A stretch of DNA of 64,000 nucleotides, from NCBI GenBank assembly GCA_963723205.1, contig CAVRQC010000006.1, forward strand, positions 87,477-151,476, given 5' to 3'. Source of the DNA: an uncultured Ignavibacteriales bacterium (GTDB lineage: Bacteria; Bacteroidota; Ignavibacteria; Ignavibacteriales; Ignavibacteriaceae). The position numbers and the translations under genes are program-made. Below the pieces are notes generated by a model. The model saw nothing but the letters and a program-made list of their open reading frames with translations. It was not told the origin of the DNA and ran no database searches. Position 1 is the first letter of the stretch; each line of letters begins with the position of its first letter. Shown piece after piece: positions 38,101-47,876 of this stretch.

Positions 38101-38910
38101 TTAATTTTCCCACTTGTTTTTGCGCCACAATTTAACTATAAAATTTAAATGTAAACTACTGAAAATCTTTTTTAACCTGGTACGAAAAATTCTTAAAAAA
38201 TATTCCTTTTTTGCATTAAAATCCCAGAGACCATATTCCTTCAGAGCATTTTTATATTCTTTAATAGATTCAAGCTCATATTTCCACGATGCACCGCCAG
38301 AATTCATAACAGCGATAGGTTCGCCTTTTAAATATTTCCCTTTATTTCTGAAATCGGGTATTCTCTTTTCATACCTCATTATAAGCTCAAAGTCCATTGT
38401 AAATTTAAATTTTTCATTAAACGTACCGCATTTTTCGTACACTTCTTTTCTAAAAAACATTGTGGGATGATTATAAGGCATTGTAGTAGTAATAGGGCAT
38501 AGAAGCGGTCTTCTTATATTTGAACCGTAAACAGGATCATCAAAGTAAACATCTCCGTGAACAAAAATAGTTTCATTATCTTTAAAGGCTTCTGCAACCT
38601 TTTTAAATACATTATTATTAAAATATCTATCGTCGCTATTTAAAATTCCTACAATCTCCCCCTTAGCTGCTCTAATTCCTTTATTAAAAGCATCGGCAAT
38701 TCCCTTATCCGGTTCACTAATTATATGCAATGAATCCAGCAGATTATTTTCTCTGTAAATTTTATTTATGATGCTGACGGTATTATCTTTACTTTGATTA
38801 TCAATAATAATATGTTCAAAATTTTTATATGTTTGATTAATAATTGATTTTACATTTTTTTCAATACTATTTTCGGAATTAAATGTGGGGGTTATAATAG
38901 AAATCAACAT
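38101..38910 (-). CDS. family 2 glycosyltransferase
   Basis: 269 aa. ISIITPTFNSENSIEKNVKSIINQTY...IIIDNQSKDNT...LNSDD. Confidence 0.85.
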   Translation of the reverse strand: MLISIITPTFNSENSIEKNVKSIINQTYKNFEHIIIDNQSKDNTVSIINKIYRENNLLDSLHIISEPDKGIADAFNKGIRAAKGEIVGILNSDDRYFNNNVFKKVAEAFKDNETIFVHGDVYFDDPVYGSNIRRPLLCPITTTMPYNHPTMFFRKEVYEKCGTFNEKFKFTMDFELIMRYEKRIPDFRNKGKYLKGEPIAVMNSGGASWKYELESIKEYKNALKEYGLWDFNAKKEYFLRIFRTRLKKIFSSLHLNFIVKLWRKNKWEN

Positions 38911-39087
38911 TATTTATTTTATTGATGTAATTATTTTTCTTGATAAAATTTTGAAAACTAATAGAATTTCGTTAGCGAAGAAATGCTCCTTTAATAGTTG
39001 TTGATTAACCCCGGGAGAATGTATCCGGGAAACATGGTTCAAATTTAATAAAATATTTTTATTTAGTTCTTCAGGTTATATAAATAA

Positions 39088-40188
39088 GTGGATAATAAAG
39101 ATCTTAATATTTTAATTATTACAGCCAGAGCCGATTTTGGCGGAGGTCCTGAACATATCTATTCTTTAATAAAAGAATTATATAAAGATAATAATTTTTT
39201 TATAGCCTGCCCGGATGATTTTCCTTACAAAAAAAAATATGCAGAAATTCTTGGGGGGGACAGAATAATATTGATACCTCACAGAAAATTTAAAGTATCT
39301 TATCTTTTCAAGCTTAAAAATTATGCAAAAGATAAAAAAATAAAAATAATTCACTCTCATGGGAAAGGTGCGGGAATTTACAGCAGGTTTTTATCTCTTA
39401 TTACAGGCATACCATGTATTCATACTTTTCATGGATTGCATACCGGCAGCTATAATAAATATCAAAAACTATTATATATATTTTTAGAAAAGATACTGTC
39501 TTCAATTACTAAAAAATTCATTTCTGTTTCCAGTGGCGAATACAACAAAATAAACAAAAATAAGATTACAAATCTAAAAAAGATAGCTATTGTTGAAAAC
39601 GGGGTGGAAATACCCGATTTGAAAATTTCAGAAGATAATTTTTTTTCTTCCCCTAAAAATCTGATTACTTTTACAAGATTTAATTTTCAAAAAAATTCTT
39701 CACAATTAATTTATATTTTTGAAGAGTTAAAAAAACAAAAAAAAGCGGATTTATTTAAAATTATTTTACTAGGCACCGGGGAAGAAGAAAATGAAATTCA
39801 AAAAATGTGTAAAGGCCATAATTTAAGCAGTTTGTTTAATTTCAAAGGAATGGTAGAAAACAGATTCGATTATCTGAAAAATTCATTCTGCTATATTTCT
39901 ACGTCCCGGTGGGAAGGGATGCCTTTAAGTATTTTAGAAGCTATGTCTTATGGTATGCCGGTGATTGCAACTAATGTTGTTGGTAATAATAATGTTGTAG
40001 AACATAATAAAACTGGTTTCTTATATAATATAAATAATCCTAAAGAAGCTGCAGAGTATATAATAAAATTGAGTGATAATTTTGAACTATGGAAGTCTTT
40101 TGCTGAAGTATCAAGAAATAAAATTCAATTAAATTTTTCGCTGAAAAAAATGGCGGCTGAAACTCAGAAGATTTATAATTCAATTTAA
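39088..40188 (+). CDS. family 4 glycosyltransferase
   Basis: 366 aa with a GTG start. GT-B C-terminal EGMPLSILEAMSYGMPVIATNVVGNNNVVEHNKTGFL (E-x7-E region). Confidence 0.8.
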   Translation: MDNKDLNILIITARADFGGGPEHIYSLIKELYKDNNFFIACPDDFPYKKKYAEILGGDRIILIPHRKFKVSYLFKLKNYAKDKKIKIIHSHGKGAGIYSRFLSLITGIPCIHTFHGLHTGSYNKYQKLLYIFLEKILSSITKKFISVSSGEYNKINKNKITNLKKIAIVENGVEIPDLKISEDNFFSSPKNLITFTRFNFQKNSSQLIYIFEELKKQKKADLFKIILLGTGEEENEIQKMCKGHNLSSLFNFKGMVENRFDYLKNSFCYISTSRWEGMPLSILEAMSYGMPVIATNVVGNNNVVEHNKTGFLYNINNPKEAAEYIIKLSDNFELWKSFAEVSRNKIQLNFSLKKMAAETQKIYNSI

Positions 40189-40198
40189 AAGTGGAAAT

Positions 40199-41326
40199 TT
40201 GAAAACTGCAATTGTTCATGATTGGTTTGTCAGTTATGCCGGCTCGGAAAGAGTTGTGGAATCACTTACAAATGTATGGAAGGATGCTGATGTTTTTGTC
40301 CTTTTTAACTTACTGAATGAAGCAGACCAAAAAATTGTTGTGAAAGATAAAATTCCGAATACTTCATTCCTGCATAAATTTAAATCGATTAAAAAACACC
40401 ATAGAAAATTTTTACCTCTTTTTCCTTATGCAATTGAGCAATTTGATCTTTCGGGCTACGATTTAATCATATCAAGCTCGCATGCTGTGGCAAAAGGTGT
40501 CTTAACAAATTCAAACCAACTGCATATTTGTTATTGCCATACACCTATCAGGTATGCATGGGATTTGATACATCAATATTTAAAGGAAGCTAATTTAACA
40601 ACAGGTTTAAAAGGATTAATTGCAAAGTCAATTTTACATTACATAAGAATCTGGGATTCTGCAACTGCAAACAGACCTGATTTTTATGTTGCAAATTCAA
40701 ATTATATAGCAAAAAGAATTCAAAAAATTTATAAACGGGAATCTACTGTTATTCATCCGCCTGTTGATACAGATAAATTTACCTGTGAAGCCAATAAGGA
40801 TAACTATTATTTAACAGCTTCCCGTTTAGTACCTTATAAAAGGATTAATTTAATAGCAGAAGCTTTTACCAGGATGCCTGATAAAAAACTTTTGATAATT
40901 GGAGACGGGCCGGAAGAAGAAAAAATACGGGCAAAATCGGGAAGTAATATTGAATTTCTTGGATATAAATCCGGAGAGGCGCTTGTAAACTACATGCAGA
41001 AAGCAAAAGCATTTGTATTTGCTGCAGAAGAGGATTTTGGAATTATGATTGTTGAAGCACTTTCATGCGGAACACCCGTAATAGCTTTTGGTAAAGGCGG
41101 GGCTTCCGAAACTGTCACCGATGAAGAAAATGGAATATTATATCCTGAACAAAATCCAGAATCAATAATTGAAGGTGTGAAAAAATTTGAAATACAAATA
41201 GATAAGTTTGATCCTCATACTATTAGTAATTCTGCAAAAAATTTTGACAGGAAAATCTTTGAGGAAAAGATCAAGGGTTTTGTTGATAGTAAATGTAATG
41301 ATTTTTTCGAACACAATAACTTGTAA
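40199..41326 (+). CDS. family 4 glycosyltransferase
   Basis: 375 aa with a TTG start. IVHDWFVSYAGSERV N-terminus and EDFGIMIVEALSCGTPVIAFGKGGASETV. Confidence 0.8.
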   Translation: MKTAIVHDWFVSYAGSERVVESLTNVWKDADVFVLFNLLNEADQKIVVKDKIPNTSFLHKFKSIKKHHRKFLPLFPYAIEQFDLSGYDLIISSSHAVAKGVLTNSNQLHICYCHTPIRYAWDLIHQYLKEANLTTGLKGLIAKSILHYIRIWDSATANRPDFYVANSNYIAKRIQKIYKRESTVIHPPVDTDKFTCEANKDNYYLTASRLVPYKRINLIAEAFTRMPDKKLLIIGDGPEEEKIRAKSGSNIEFLGYKSGEALVNYMQKAKAFVFAAEEDFGIMIVEALSCGTPVIAFGKGGASETVTDEENGILYPEQNPESIIEGVKKFEIQIDKFDPHTISNSAKNFDRKIFEEKIKGFVDSKCNDFFEHNNL

Positions 41327-41328
41327 AT

Positions 41329-42723
41329 ATGCTAACTAACCGGAAATCAATTTATTATTTAAGGCTGTTTTTAGATTTAATTATTTTAAATTCTTCATTT
41401 GTTATCTCTGCTGTTCTGGCTCAGTCATTCCAAATACTTATACATAAGCCGCACATGTTTATTCTCCTGGCCGGATTGAATTTTTTATGGTACTTCATTT
41501 CTAATGTTATAAATTTTTATGAAGATTTATCAACTAAATATTTTATTTACCGGTTCACTAATATTGTTAAGATTGTCTTTTTCCAGGTTTTTACAACTGT
41601 TTTATTTGTTTTCTTTGTAAAGGAACTCCTGTTTACCCGAAATTTTATAATATTATATGCGGTTTTCCTTCTCATCTTCATCAGCTTACGAGTTCAAATA
41701 ATTAAATATCTTCTTATTAAAATAAGAGGAAGAGAAAAGAATTTAAGAAATGTTTTAATTGTCGGAGCAGGCGATACTGGAAGAAATTTTCAGCAAATGC
41801 TGAAGGATCATAGCGATCTTGGATATAATACAATTGGATTTGTTGATAATAATAAGGTCGGTGAAAACATACTTGGTAATATTAAAGATATGGAACAAAT
41901 CATTACGGAAAGAAATGTTGAGGTCGTAGTTATTGCTTTGCCTTTCAGTGAATCTTTTCATCTTGATGAAATAATTACAATATGCAGCAGGCTTGCAGTC
42001 AGAACACATATAATTCCTGATTACTTCAGTGTTACATCTAAAAAATTCCAGGTAAATGTTATAGGAGATTTTCCTATAATTACAGTAAGAAACGAACCGC
42101 TGGCTGAAGCCCATTGGCAATTTTTTAAAAGGATTATTGATATAGTTCTCAGCTTATTGGTTTTCATATTTATTTTATCCTGGTTGTTTCCTCTTATCTT
42201 ATTAGTGAATAAAATTTCGGGGAATGGTTCAACCTTATTTGTTCAGGACAGGCTTGGGGTTAAAGATCAAATATTTCAATGTTATAAGTTTAGAACTATG
42301 TATGCAAAATCAGAAAACAAAAATGTATATCAACCCACTTATGAAGGTGATCCGAGAGTAACAAAAATCGGCAAGTTTCTGAGAAAATCAAATATTGATG
42401 AACTCCCGCAGTTTATAAATATTTTAAAAGGTGAAATGTCTGTTGTAGGGCCAAGACCCCATCCACTTCCTTATAATGAGTTTTACAAACAGGTGGTTGA
42501 TGAAATAAAAATCAGAAGCTGGGTGAAGCCGGGTTTAACAGGCTGGGCACAGATTCATGGATATCGTGGTGATGTAATTGATGAAGAGGAAAATAAGAAA
42601 AGAATTATGAAAAGGATTGAATATGATTTATGGTATATAGAAAATTGGTCTATATGGCTGGATATTCAAATCATTTTATCAACTGTTTGGCAAATGATCA
42701 AAGGGGAAACAAAAGCTGTTTAA
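41329..42723 (+). CDS. undecaprenyl-phosphate sugar phosphotransferase (WcaJ/WbaP-like priming enzyme)
   Basis: 464 aa. N-terminal TM helices, a Rossmann-like middle region (LIVGAGDTG) and a bacterial sugar transferase domain (KRIIDIVLS...YKFRTM...DELPQFINILKGEMSVVGPRP). Confidence 0.88.
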   Translation: MLTNRKSIYYLRLFLDLIILNSSFVISAVLAQSFQILIHKPHMFILLAGLNFLWYFISNVINFYEDLSTKYFIYRFTNIVKIVFFQVFTTVLFVFFVKELLFTRNFIILYAVFLLIFISLRVQIIKYLLIKIRGREKNLRNVLIVGAGDTGRNFQQMLKDHSDLGYNTIGFVDNNKVGENILGNIKDMEQIITERNVEVVVIALPFSESFHLDEIITICSRLAVRTHIIPDYFSVTSKKFQVNVIGDFPIITVRNEPLAEAHWQFFKRIIDIVLSLLVFIFILSWLFPLILLVNKISGNGSTLFVQDRLGVKDQIFQCYKFRTMYAKSENKNVYQPTYEGDPRVTKIGKFLRKSNIDELPQFINILKGEMSVVGPRPHPLPYNEFYKQVVDEIKIRSWVKPGLTGWAQIHGYRGDVIDEEENKKRIMKRIEYDLWYIENWSIWLDIQIILSTVWQMIKGETKAV

Positions 42724-42895
42724 GAATTACAATGAAACAGAATGCACCAGATTAGTACCTGGGTCATTCGGTTGTCACTTATGGTCATTATAGTCATATT
42801 AGAAAGCAAAATATTTTATTAAATTTGATTTTCGAAACTTGACTAAATAAATTGTAATAATTAAAAATAATTCATATTAATATATTGAGGTAAAA

Positions 42896-43246
42896 ATGGC
42901 ATCAGATTTTATAGCACATGTAGAAATACCTTCTACCAATATTGAAAAATCAGCAGATTTTTTTAATAAATTATTCGATTGGAATTTTAAACCGTTCGGA
43001 AATGGTTATCTTCTTTTTAATACACATAAAAGCTTCACAGTTGGTATTAGAAAAGTTGAAAAAGTTTTTCAGGGCGAAGCAACAATTTTCCATGTTCGGG
43101 TTGATGATATAAATAAATACACCGAAAAAGCAGCACAGTTGGGCGGTGAGATTTTCAGAGGCAAGACTACCATTCCAGCAATGGGATATTACGCTCTAAT
43201 TAAAGACGTTGACGGCAACACAATTGGATTATATCAAACGAATTGA
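42896..43246 (+). CDS. VOC (glyoxalase/bleomycin-resistance/dioxygenase) family protein
   Basis: 116 aa. HVEIPSTNIEKSADFF...GYYALIKDVDGNTIGLYQ is typical of small VOC proteins. Confidence 0.7.
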   Translation: MASDFIAHVEIPSTNIEKSADFFNKLFDWNFKPFGNGYLLFNTHKSFTVGIRKVEKVFQGEATIFHVRVDDINKYTEKAAQLGGEIFRGKTTIPAMGYYALIKDVDGNTIGLYQTN

Positions 43247-43259
43247 TTTCATGAATGAA

Positions 43260-43313
43260 TGATTGAATGACTGGTTGAAGGAATAAATTATATTTAATTC
43301 AGTCATTCAATCA
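43260..43313. repeat. perfect 14-bp inverted repeat with a 26-nt spacer
   Basis: TGATTGAATGACTG (43260-43273) and CAGTCATTCAATCA (43300-43313), preceded by short TGAATGA iterations. Lies between the VOC gene and the symporter pseudogene. Confidence 0.8.
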
Positions 43314-43377
43314 AACATTCGAATATTTTACTGCATATTATTTTCTCTCACTACTTCTCTTATCTAAATTAAATTTA

Positions 43378-44010
43378 ATGAGAACTTTAATATTAATGCA
43401 GGAACAAATACAGCACATTTTAAATAATATCATCTCTTTCATTTGGGGAATCCCGCTTCTTGTTTTATTAGTAGGAACAGGAATATACCTGACATTTTTT
43501 CTTAAAGGATTACAATTCAGAGAATTATATTATTAGGTTTGGCTGACATTAATAAAGCGGAAAGATGACGGTGATAATCCAGGAGATATTTCTCATTTCC
43601 AGGCTTTAATGACCGCCTTAGCTGCTACAGTCGGTACGGGGAATATTGCTGGAGTAGCTACCGCCCTGGCAGCAGGCGGGCCTGGTGCTTTATTCTGAAT
43701 GTGGATAACCGGACTATTTGGAATGGCAACTAAATATGCTGAAGCCGTTCTTGCCGTAAAATTTAGGGAAAAAGATGAATTTAGTACCATGAGCGGTGGT
43801 CCAATGTATTATATCACCAAGGGTTTAAAATTGAAATGGCTGGGAATAATATTTTCTATTTTCGTTTTTCTTGGTGCAATTTCGAAACTGGATCTGGTTT
43901 GGACATTTGCCGATATTATGAACGGTTTAATGGCTATACCAAATTTGATTGCACTGCTGGGATTAAGCGGAATTGTTGCTGTAGAAACCAAGGAATATTT
44001 TAAGAAATGA
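43378..44010 (+). pseudogene. alanine/glycine:cation symporter (AGCS family) pseudogene
   Basis: - A single reading frame gives ...IWGIPLLVLLVGTGIYLTFFLKGLQFRELYY*...[60 protein letters not shown]...GGPMYYI....
- In-frame TAG at 43534-43536.
- In-frame TGA at 43696-43698, at the Trp of the conserved GGPGA.FWMW motif.
- The sequence then jumps to a C-terminal-like end ([27 protein letters not shown]), so most of the central helices of a roughly 450-aa transporter are missing. Confidence 0.8.
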
Positions 44011-44056
44011 ATTTAAACCGGCAAGTAATCTCCAGCTTAAACAAAAATTCATAACT

Positions 44057-44659
44057 TTATTTTTTCTTCATCATAAGTTTAGCAATATCATCGGGAGTCC
44101 CAGGATCAGTTACTTTGTTGTTAACTGGTTTTAAAGATTGTAAATAAACAAAAACATCTGATAGGTCCTTATCATTTAATTTTGCAAAACCCTGCCAGGG
44201 CATAGGTGGCAAAATAGGGTGTCCTTCTCCCAAATGTTTCCCTGTTCTCAATGCCTTAATAATTCTATCGACTGTCCAATTACCCAATCCCGTCTCTTTA
44301 TCAGGTGTGAGATTAGCTGTATAAGAAATTCCCCAGGGACCGATCCATGCTGTAGCATCTCCTCTGGAAACAACCCATTGACCTTTCGCAACAATTTTCA
44401 GATCAAAATCAGTTGAGGTTATTGGACCCTGAGAACCGGATAAAAGCCTTGTCGTATCCGGAACAGGACCCATTGCAGTCATAACCTTCGGGGAATGACA
44501 ATCATTACATCCGCCCAGCTCAACCAGGTATTTCCCCCTATCAACACTAGTCTCCTGATTAGTCGTTTTTTCCTCCTGAGGTTTTGTACTGTTAAGTTGA
44601 GAAAATACAATGGTAATAAAAAGGACACAGAAAGAAATGCTTAAAATGCCTTTACGCAT
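44057..44659 (-). CDS. c-type cytochrome (monoheme), secreted
   Basis: 200 aa. Signal peptide, a single haem-binding CNDCH motif, and distal PILPPMPW...LSDVFVYLQSLKPV resembling cytochrome c subunits of dehydrogenases. Confidence 0.75.
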   Translation of the reverse strand: MRKGILSISFCVLFITIVFSQLNSTKPQEEKTTNQETSVDRGKYLVELGGCNDCHSPKVMTAMGPVPDTTRLLSGSQGPITSTDFDLKIVAKGQWVVSRGDATAWIGPWGISYTANLTPDKETGLGNWTVDRIIKALRTGKHLGEGHPILPPMPWQGFAKLNDKDLSDVFVYLQSLKPVNNKVTDPGTPDDIAKLMMKKK

Positions 44660-44829
44660 AAACCCTCCTAATTAAAAAATATTATTAAAAAGAGTTGTAT
44701 CAGTTCGGGAAAACTGAATTAAAAATTCATTCAATGGAAGTAAAAAAAGTGGCTCCTTGATGGAATTTATTGATGTGAAACTAATCAGGAAGCAATTTGA
44801 AGTCTACAGGCATCTTCAGAAGAGAATAT

Positions 44830-45894
44830 TTATTTTTTTCTCTTTTTATATGTTTTTACTTTGCAAAACTTCTGAATGGCCGGATAAGCAGCTAAATACC
44901 CTAACCCTCCCGCTTTATTTAAATCTTTACATGCTTCTTTTTTCTTTTTCCAAATAATATAACACATGCCTCTTTTATAGTAGGCTTTCCCATTTCGGGG
45001 ATGCTTTTCAATAATCAGGGAATAATCTTTAATTGCTCCTTCATAATTCTTCATATTTATTTTAGCCTCACCCAAACTGAAATATGCCGGTAAATAGGAA
45101 GAATCAAGTTTAACTGCTGTAGAAAAGTCTTCCATTGCTTCTTTATAATTACCCATTTTGTTCTTTGTGTCCCCTCTGATATAGTATTCAACCGGTGAAT
45201 GAGGGTTTAACTGTATAGCTTTGTCAAAGTCTTTAACGGCATTTTCATAATCACCTAAAATCGCTTTATCATTTCCACGGTTTAAATATGCCCTATCATC
45301 ATTTGTATTTAATGAGATAGCTTTACTAAAATCTTCAATTGCTCCTTCGTGATCATCTAATTTTCCTTTTATATTACCCCTGTTCACGTAAAGCCTGGAG
45401 TTAAGAGAATCAATACTGATTGCCTGATCATAATCCCGGAGAGCTTTTTTCATATTATTGAGATAACTATTTAAATAACCCCTGTTAAAAAACGCGGAAG
45501 AATTTTTAGGATTTATTTCCAGTACCTTATCAAAATCTAAAATTGCTTTACTATTATTTCCAAGAGCCATATATGCAATACCTCTGTTCAAATATGCATC
45601 TTCAAAACTTGAATCGATTTTAACTGCTTTTGTATAGTTTTCTACAGCACTGCTGAACATTCCCAGTTTGTTCTCAGTATTGCCAAGCAGCAAAAGAATT
45701 TTTTTGTTATCCGGTTCAAATGTTAAAGCTTTATCAAATTCTATAAGAGCATTCCTCATATCCCCGGCTTCATAATTTTTTAAACCATTTTGATAATAAA
45801 TGTTTTCTGCTGCTGAACACCCGATAAAATAGAAAAGTACAGGTATAAGTATTAATGCAGGAAATATATAAATATTCTTTTTTATAAAATTCAT
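44830..45894 (-). CDS. tetratricopeptide-repeat lipoprotein
   Basis: 354 aa. Lipobox-like FYFIGCSA followed by about 8 tandem 34-aa TPR units (A..DF.KAI.L.P....AY..RG). Confidence 0.85.
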   Translation of the reverse strand: MNFIKKNIYIFPALILIPVLFYFIGCSAAENIYYQNGLKNYEAGDMRNALIEFDKALTFEPDNKKILLLLGNTENKLGMFSSAVENYTKAVKIDSSFEDAYLNRGIAYMALGNNSKAILDFDKVLEINPKNSSAFFNRGYLNSYLNNMKKALRDYDQAISIDSLNSRLYVNRGNIKGKLDDHEGAIEDFSKAISLNTNDDRAYLNRGNDKAILGDYENAVKDFDKAIQLNPHSPVEYYIRGDTKNKMGNYKEAMEDFSTAVKLDSSYLPAYFSLGEAKINMKNYEGAIKDYSLIIEKHPRNGKAYYKRGMCYIIWKKKKEACKDLNKAGGLGYLAAYPAIQKFCKVKTYKKRKK

Positions 45895-46008
45895 ATTTGA
45901 AGAGCAGCCGGGAAATTGCTGTAAAATTTAGTCCAATTAATTTTTGTTCTGTAAAATATTTTAACTTTAAGTTTAAAAGAAGGTAAATTTTAAGAATTGA
46001 ATCCGGGT

Positions 46009-46446
46009 TTATATTTTCTTCTTAATTTTTTTCAAGATACCGCTTCCTAAAAAATTATTTGCATTAGCAATTATAGTTTTGATTAAAACCAAAATATCTT
46101 TATCTCCTGCCCAGTTCCTTGTAACTATCTTAGGATCAACATTATTTATAATATCATTTAACACATATGCAGATAAAGCAATATCATCCAGAAAACCAAC
46201 AGGTCCTAATAATGCTTCCGGCAATAAGTCAATGGGAGAAATAAAATAAGCAATTGCAGCATAAAGCTTTACTTTTTTTGATTCCGGGATTTCCTTATCA
46301 GTAGATAATTTTGTTAAAAGATGGAATAAATCCGGGGCTAATAAAATATACTCGCTCCATTGTTTGTTTTTTCCTGTATTTGATTCGAGCCAATCATTTA
46401 TCTTTTTTCTAATTTTTTTATAAAAATCTTTTTCTTCCGGGTTCAT
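46009..46446 (-). CDS. DUF1232 (YkvA-like) membrane protein
   Basis: 145 aa with AAIAYFISPIDLLPEALLGPVGFLDDIALSAYVL, characteristic of DUF1232. Confidence 0.72.
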   Translation of the reverse strand: MNPEEKDFYKKIRKKINDWLESNTGKNKQWSEYILLAPDLFHLLTKLSTDKEIPESKKVKLYAAIAYFISPIDLLPEALLGPVGFLDDIALSAYVLNDIINNVDPKIVTRNWAGDKDILVLIKTIIANANNFLGSGILKKIKKKI

Positions 46447-46652
46447 TTTTTCCCTTAAATTAATAATACATCTTATTATGATGTTTTTATTTATTAAAGA
46501 TAAAAATAATTTCCTAAATTTTGTTAATCGGGTCGTTAATATTAAGTATACTTAGTCTAATAGGAAACCCATTACTGATTATAATGGCATAATTTATGAT
46601 TACATTTTAAAAAATAATACTAGCAAAACTTTTTTAAAATTGGGGAATCATA

Positions 46653-46844
46653 ATGGAAAAAATTAAATATCAAATCCATCAGATAATTGAGAAAGAATTT
46701 AAAGAAGCATTGGAAAAAGGGTTGCTGGATTCGTCTTCAATTGTTAGCCAGATCTGTAAATTATTTTTTGAAAAAGAAGATGACATTGTTGTAAAACCAG
46801 AACCCGTATATGGCTGTTATGAAAATTCCAATGAATTTGAATAA
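46653..46844 (+). CDS. hypothetical small acidic protein
   Basis: 63-aa ORF in an otherwise empty interval. GGGGAA lies 5-6 nt upstream of the ATG. No recognisable motif. Confidence 0.35.
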   Translation: MEKIKYQIHQIIEKEFKEALEKGLLDSSSIVSQICKLFFEKEDDIVVKPEPVYGCYENSNEFE

Positions 46845-46991
46845 GATAGAAAAACTCAAGTTAATTTCCTTCATCATAATTTACTATTATTAAAGAATTC
46901 TGCCTTTCTGTATTCATTGTTACGAAATTAGTTTTAATATATTTTTACTTTTACATTTTATTTGAAATTAGTAAAAACCCGGAAGAATTAA

Positions 46992-47669
46992 ATGAAATCT
47001 GCCGTTTATATATTTAAATCAGGCCCTGTAAAATGGACAATACTTTATGTGGCTTTAATATCGGCAATATCCTTCTTTTTTGCTTCTTTCAGACCTCCTA
47101 GCATCACAGATAACCTTAATAGTTCAGCAGATTCATCAAAATATAAAGTTCAGAATTTTAAAGGGTCATCTTTACAATTGGCAAAAAATAAGAGGAAAAC
47201 ATCGGTTGATAAGATTAAAATAAAAAAGGAGATTATAACTGCCCCGGTTGATCTTATAAAAAAATATATGGATAAATATAAAGCTACTAATTTCAATGAT
47301 TATCACTACCCTTATACGATTGATTACCAGGAAAACTTGAAAAACAAGAATGTTATTTTTTACATTTTAGTAGATGATATTTTTGAGGAGAACGGGCAAT
47401 TATATATGAAAGCTTCCAAATCATATCTGGGATTGAATGTTTATTTGAAAATGCAATGTAGCAGTACATTAGCAAAAAAATTAAAAGATACTCAATACTA
47501 CACATATATAGTTGCCAAAATAGCCAGAATTAATAGCATATACTTTTATACTAAAGGAACTTTCTCTAAGAGAAGGTACAATGACGATACAGATGTGGAT
47601 ATTAATCTTGCATCTAATAATATAAATTTGATGGTTACGGGAAGGTGCCTGGATATTTTTGAAAAATAA
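46992..47669 (+). CDS. hypothetical membrane-anchored protein
   Basis: 225 aa with one N-terminal hydrophobic helix (WTILYVALISAISFFFASF). No recognisable family. Confidence 0.5.
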   Translation: MKSAVYIFKSGPVKWTILYVALISAISFFFASFRPPSITDNLNSSADSSKYKVQNFKGSSLQLAKNKRKTSVDKIKIKKEIITAPVDLIKKYMDKYKATNFNDYHYPYTIDYQENLKNKNVIFYILVDDIFEENGQLYMKASKSYLGLNVYLKMQCSSTLAKKLKDTQYYTYIVAKIARINSIYFYTKGTFSKRRYNDDTDVDINLASNNINLMVTGRCLDIFEK

Positions 47670-47876
47670 TCTCTCCTTAGTTTCGCAATTCAATTCGGAC
47701 AATTCTAAACACTACGGGGAACAAATCACAACCTGGATTTCGTCTAAGTATTAAATGAAACAAATTGTTTTCAAAATGAGTAAAAACCACTAAAAAAGGA
47801 ATTAATCCATTTATTTAATTTGTTTTATTCCTGCTAAAAAATTTTATTAAAATTGCATGGAAAATAAATAGCCACT

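Noticed and set aside
43534-43698. Possible programmed stop-codon readthrough or recoding (TAG and TGA in frame) in the AGCS symporter
   Set aside because: Two different stop codons plus loss of most central transmembrane segments fit decay, not recoding. No SECIS-like or readthrough context is evident.
44757-44957. 66-aa plus-strand ORF overlapping the 3' end of the TPR lipoprotein gene
   Set aside because: It overlaps a confident minus-strand gene and has no motif or ribosome-binding site, so it is a likely spurious ORF.
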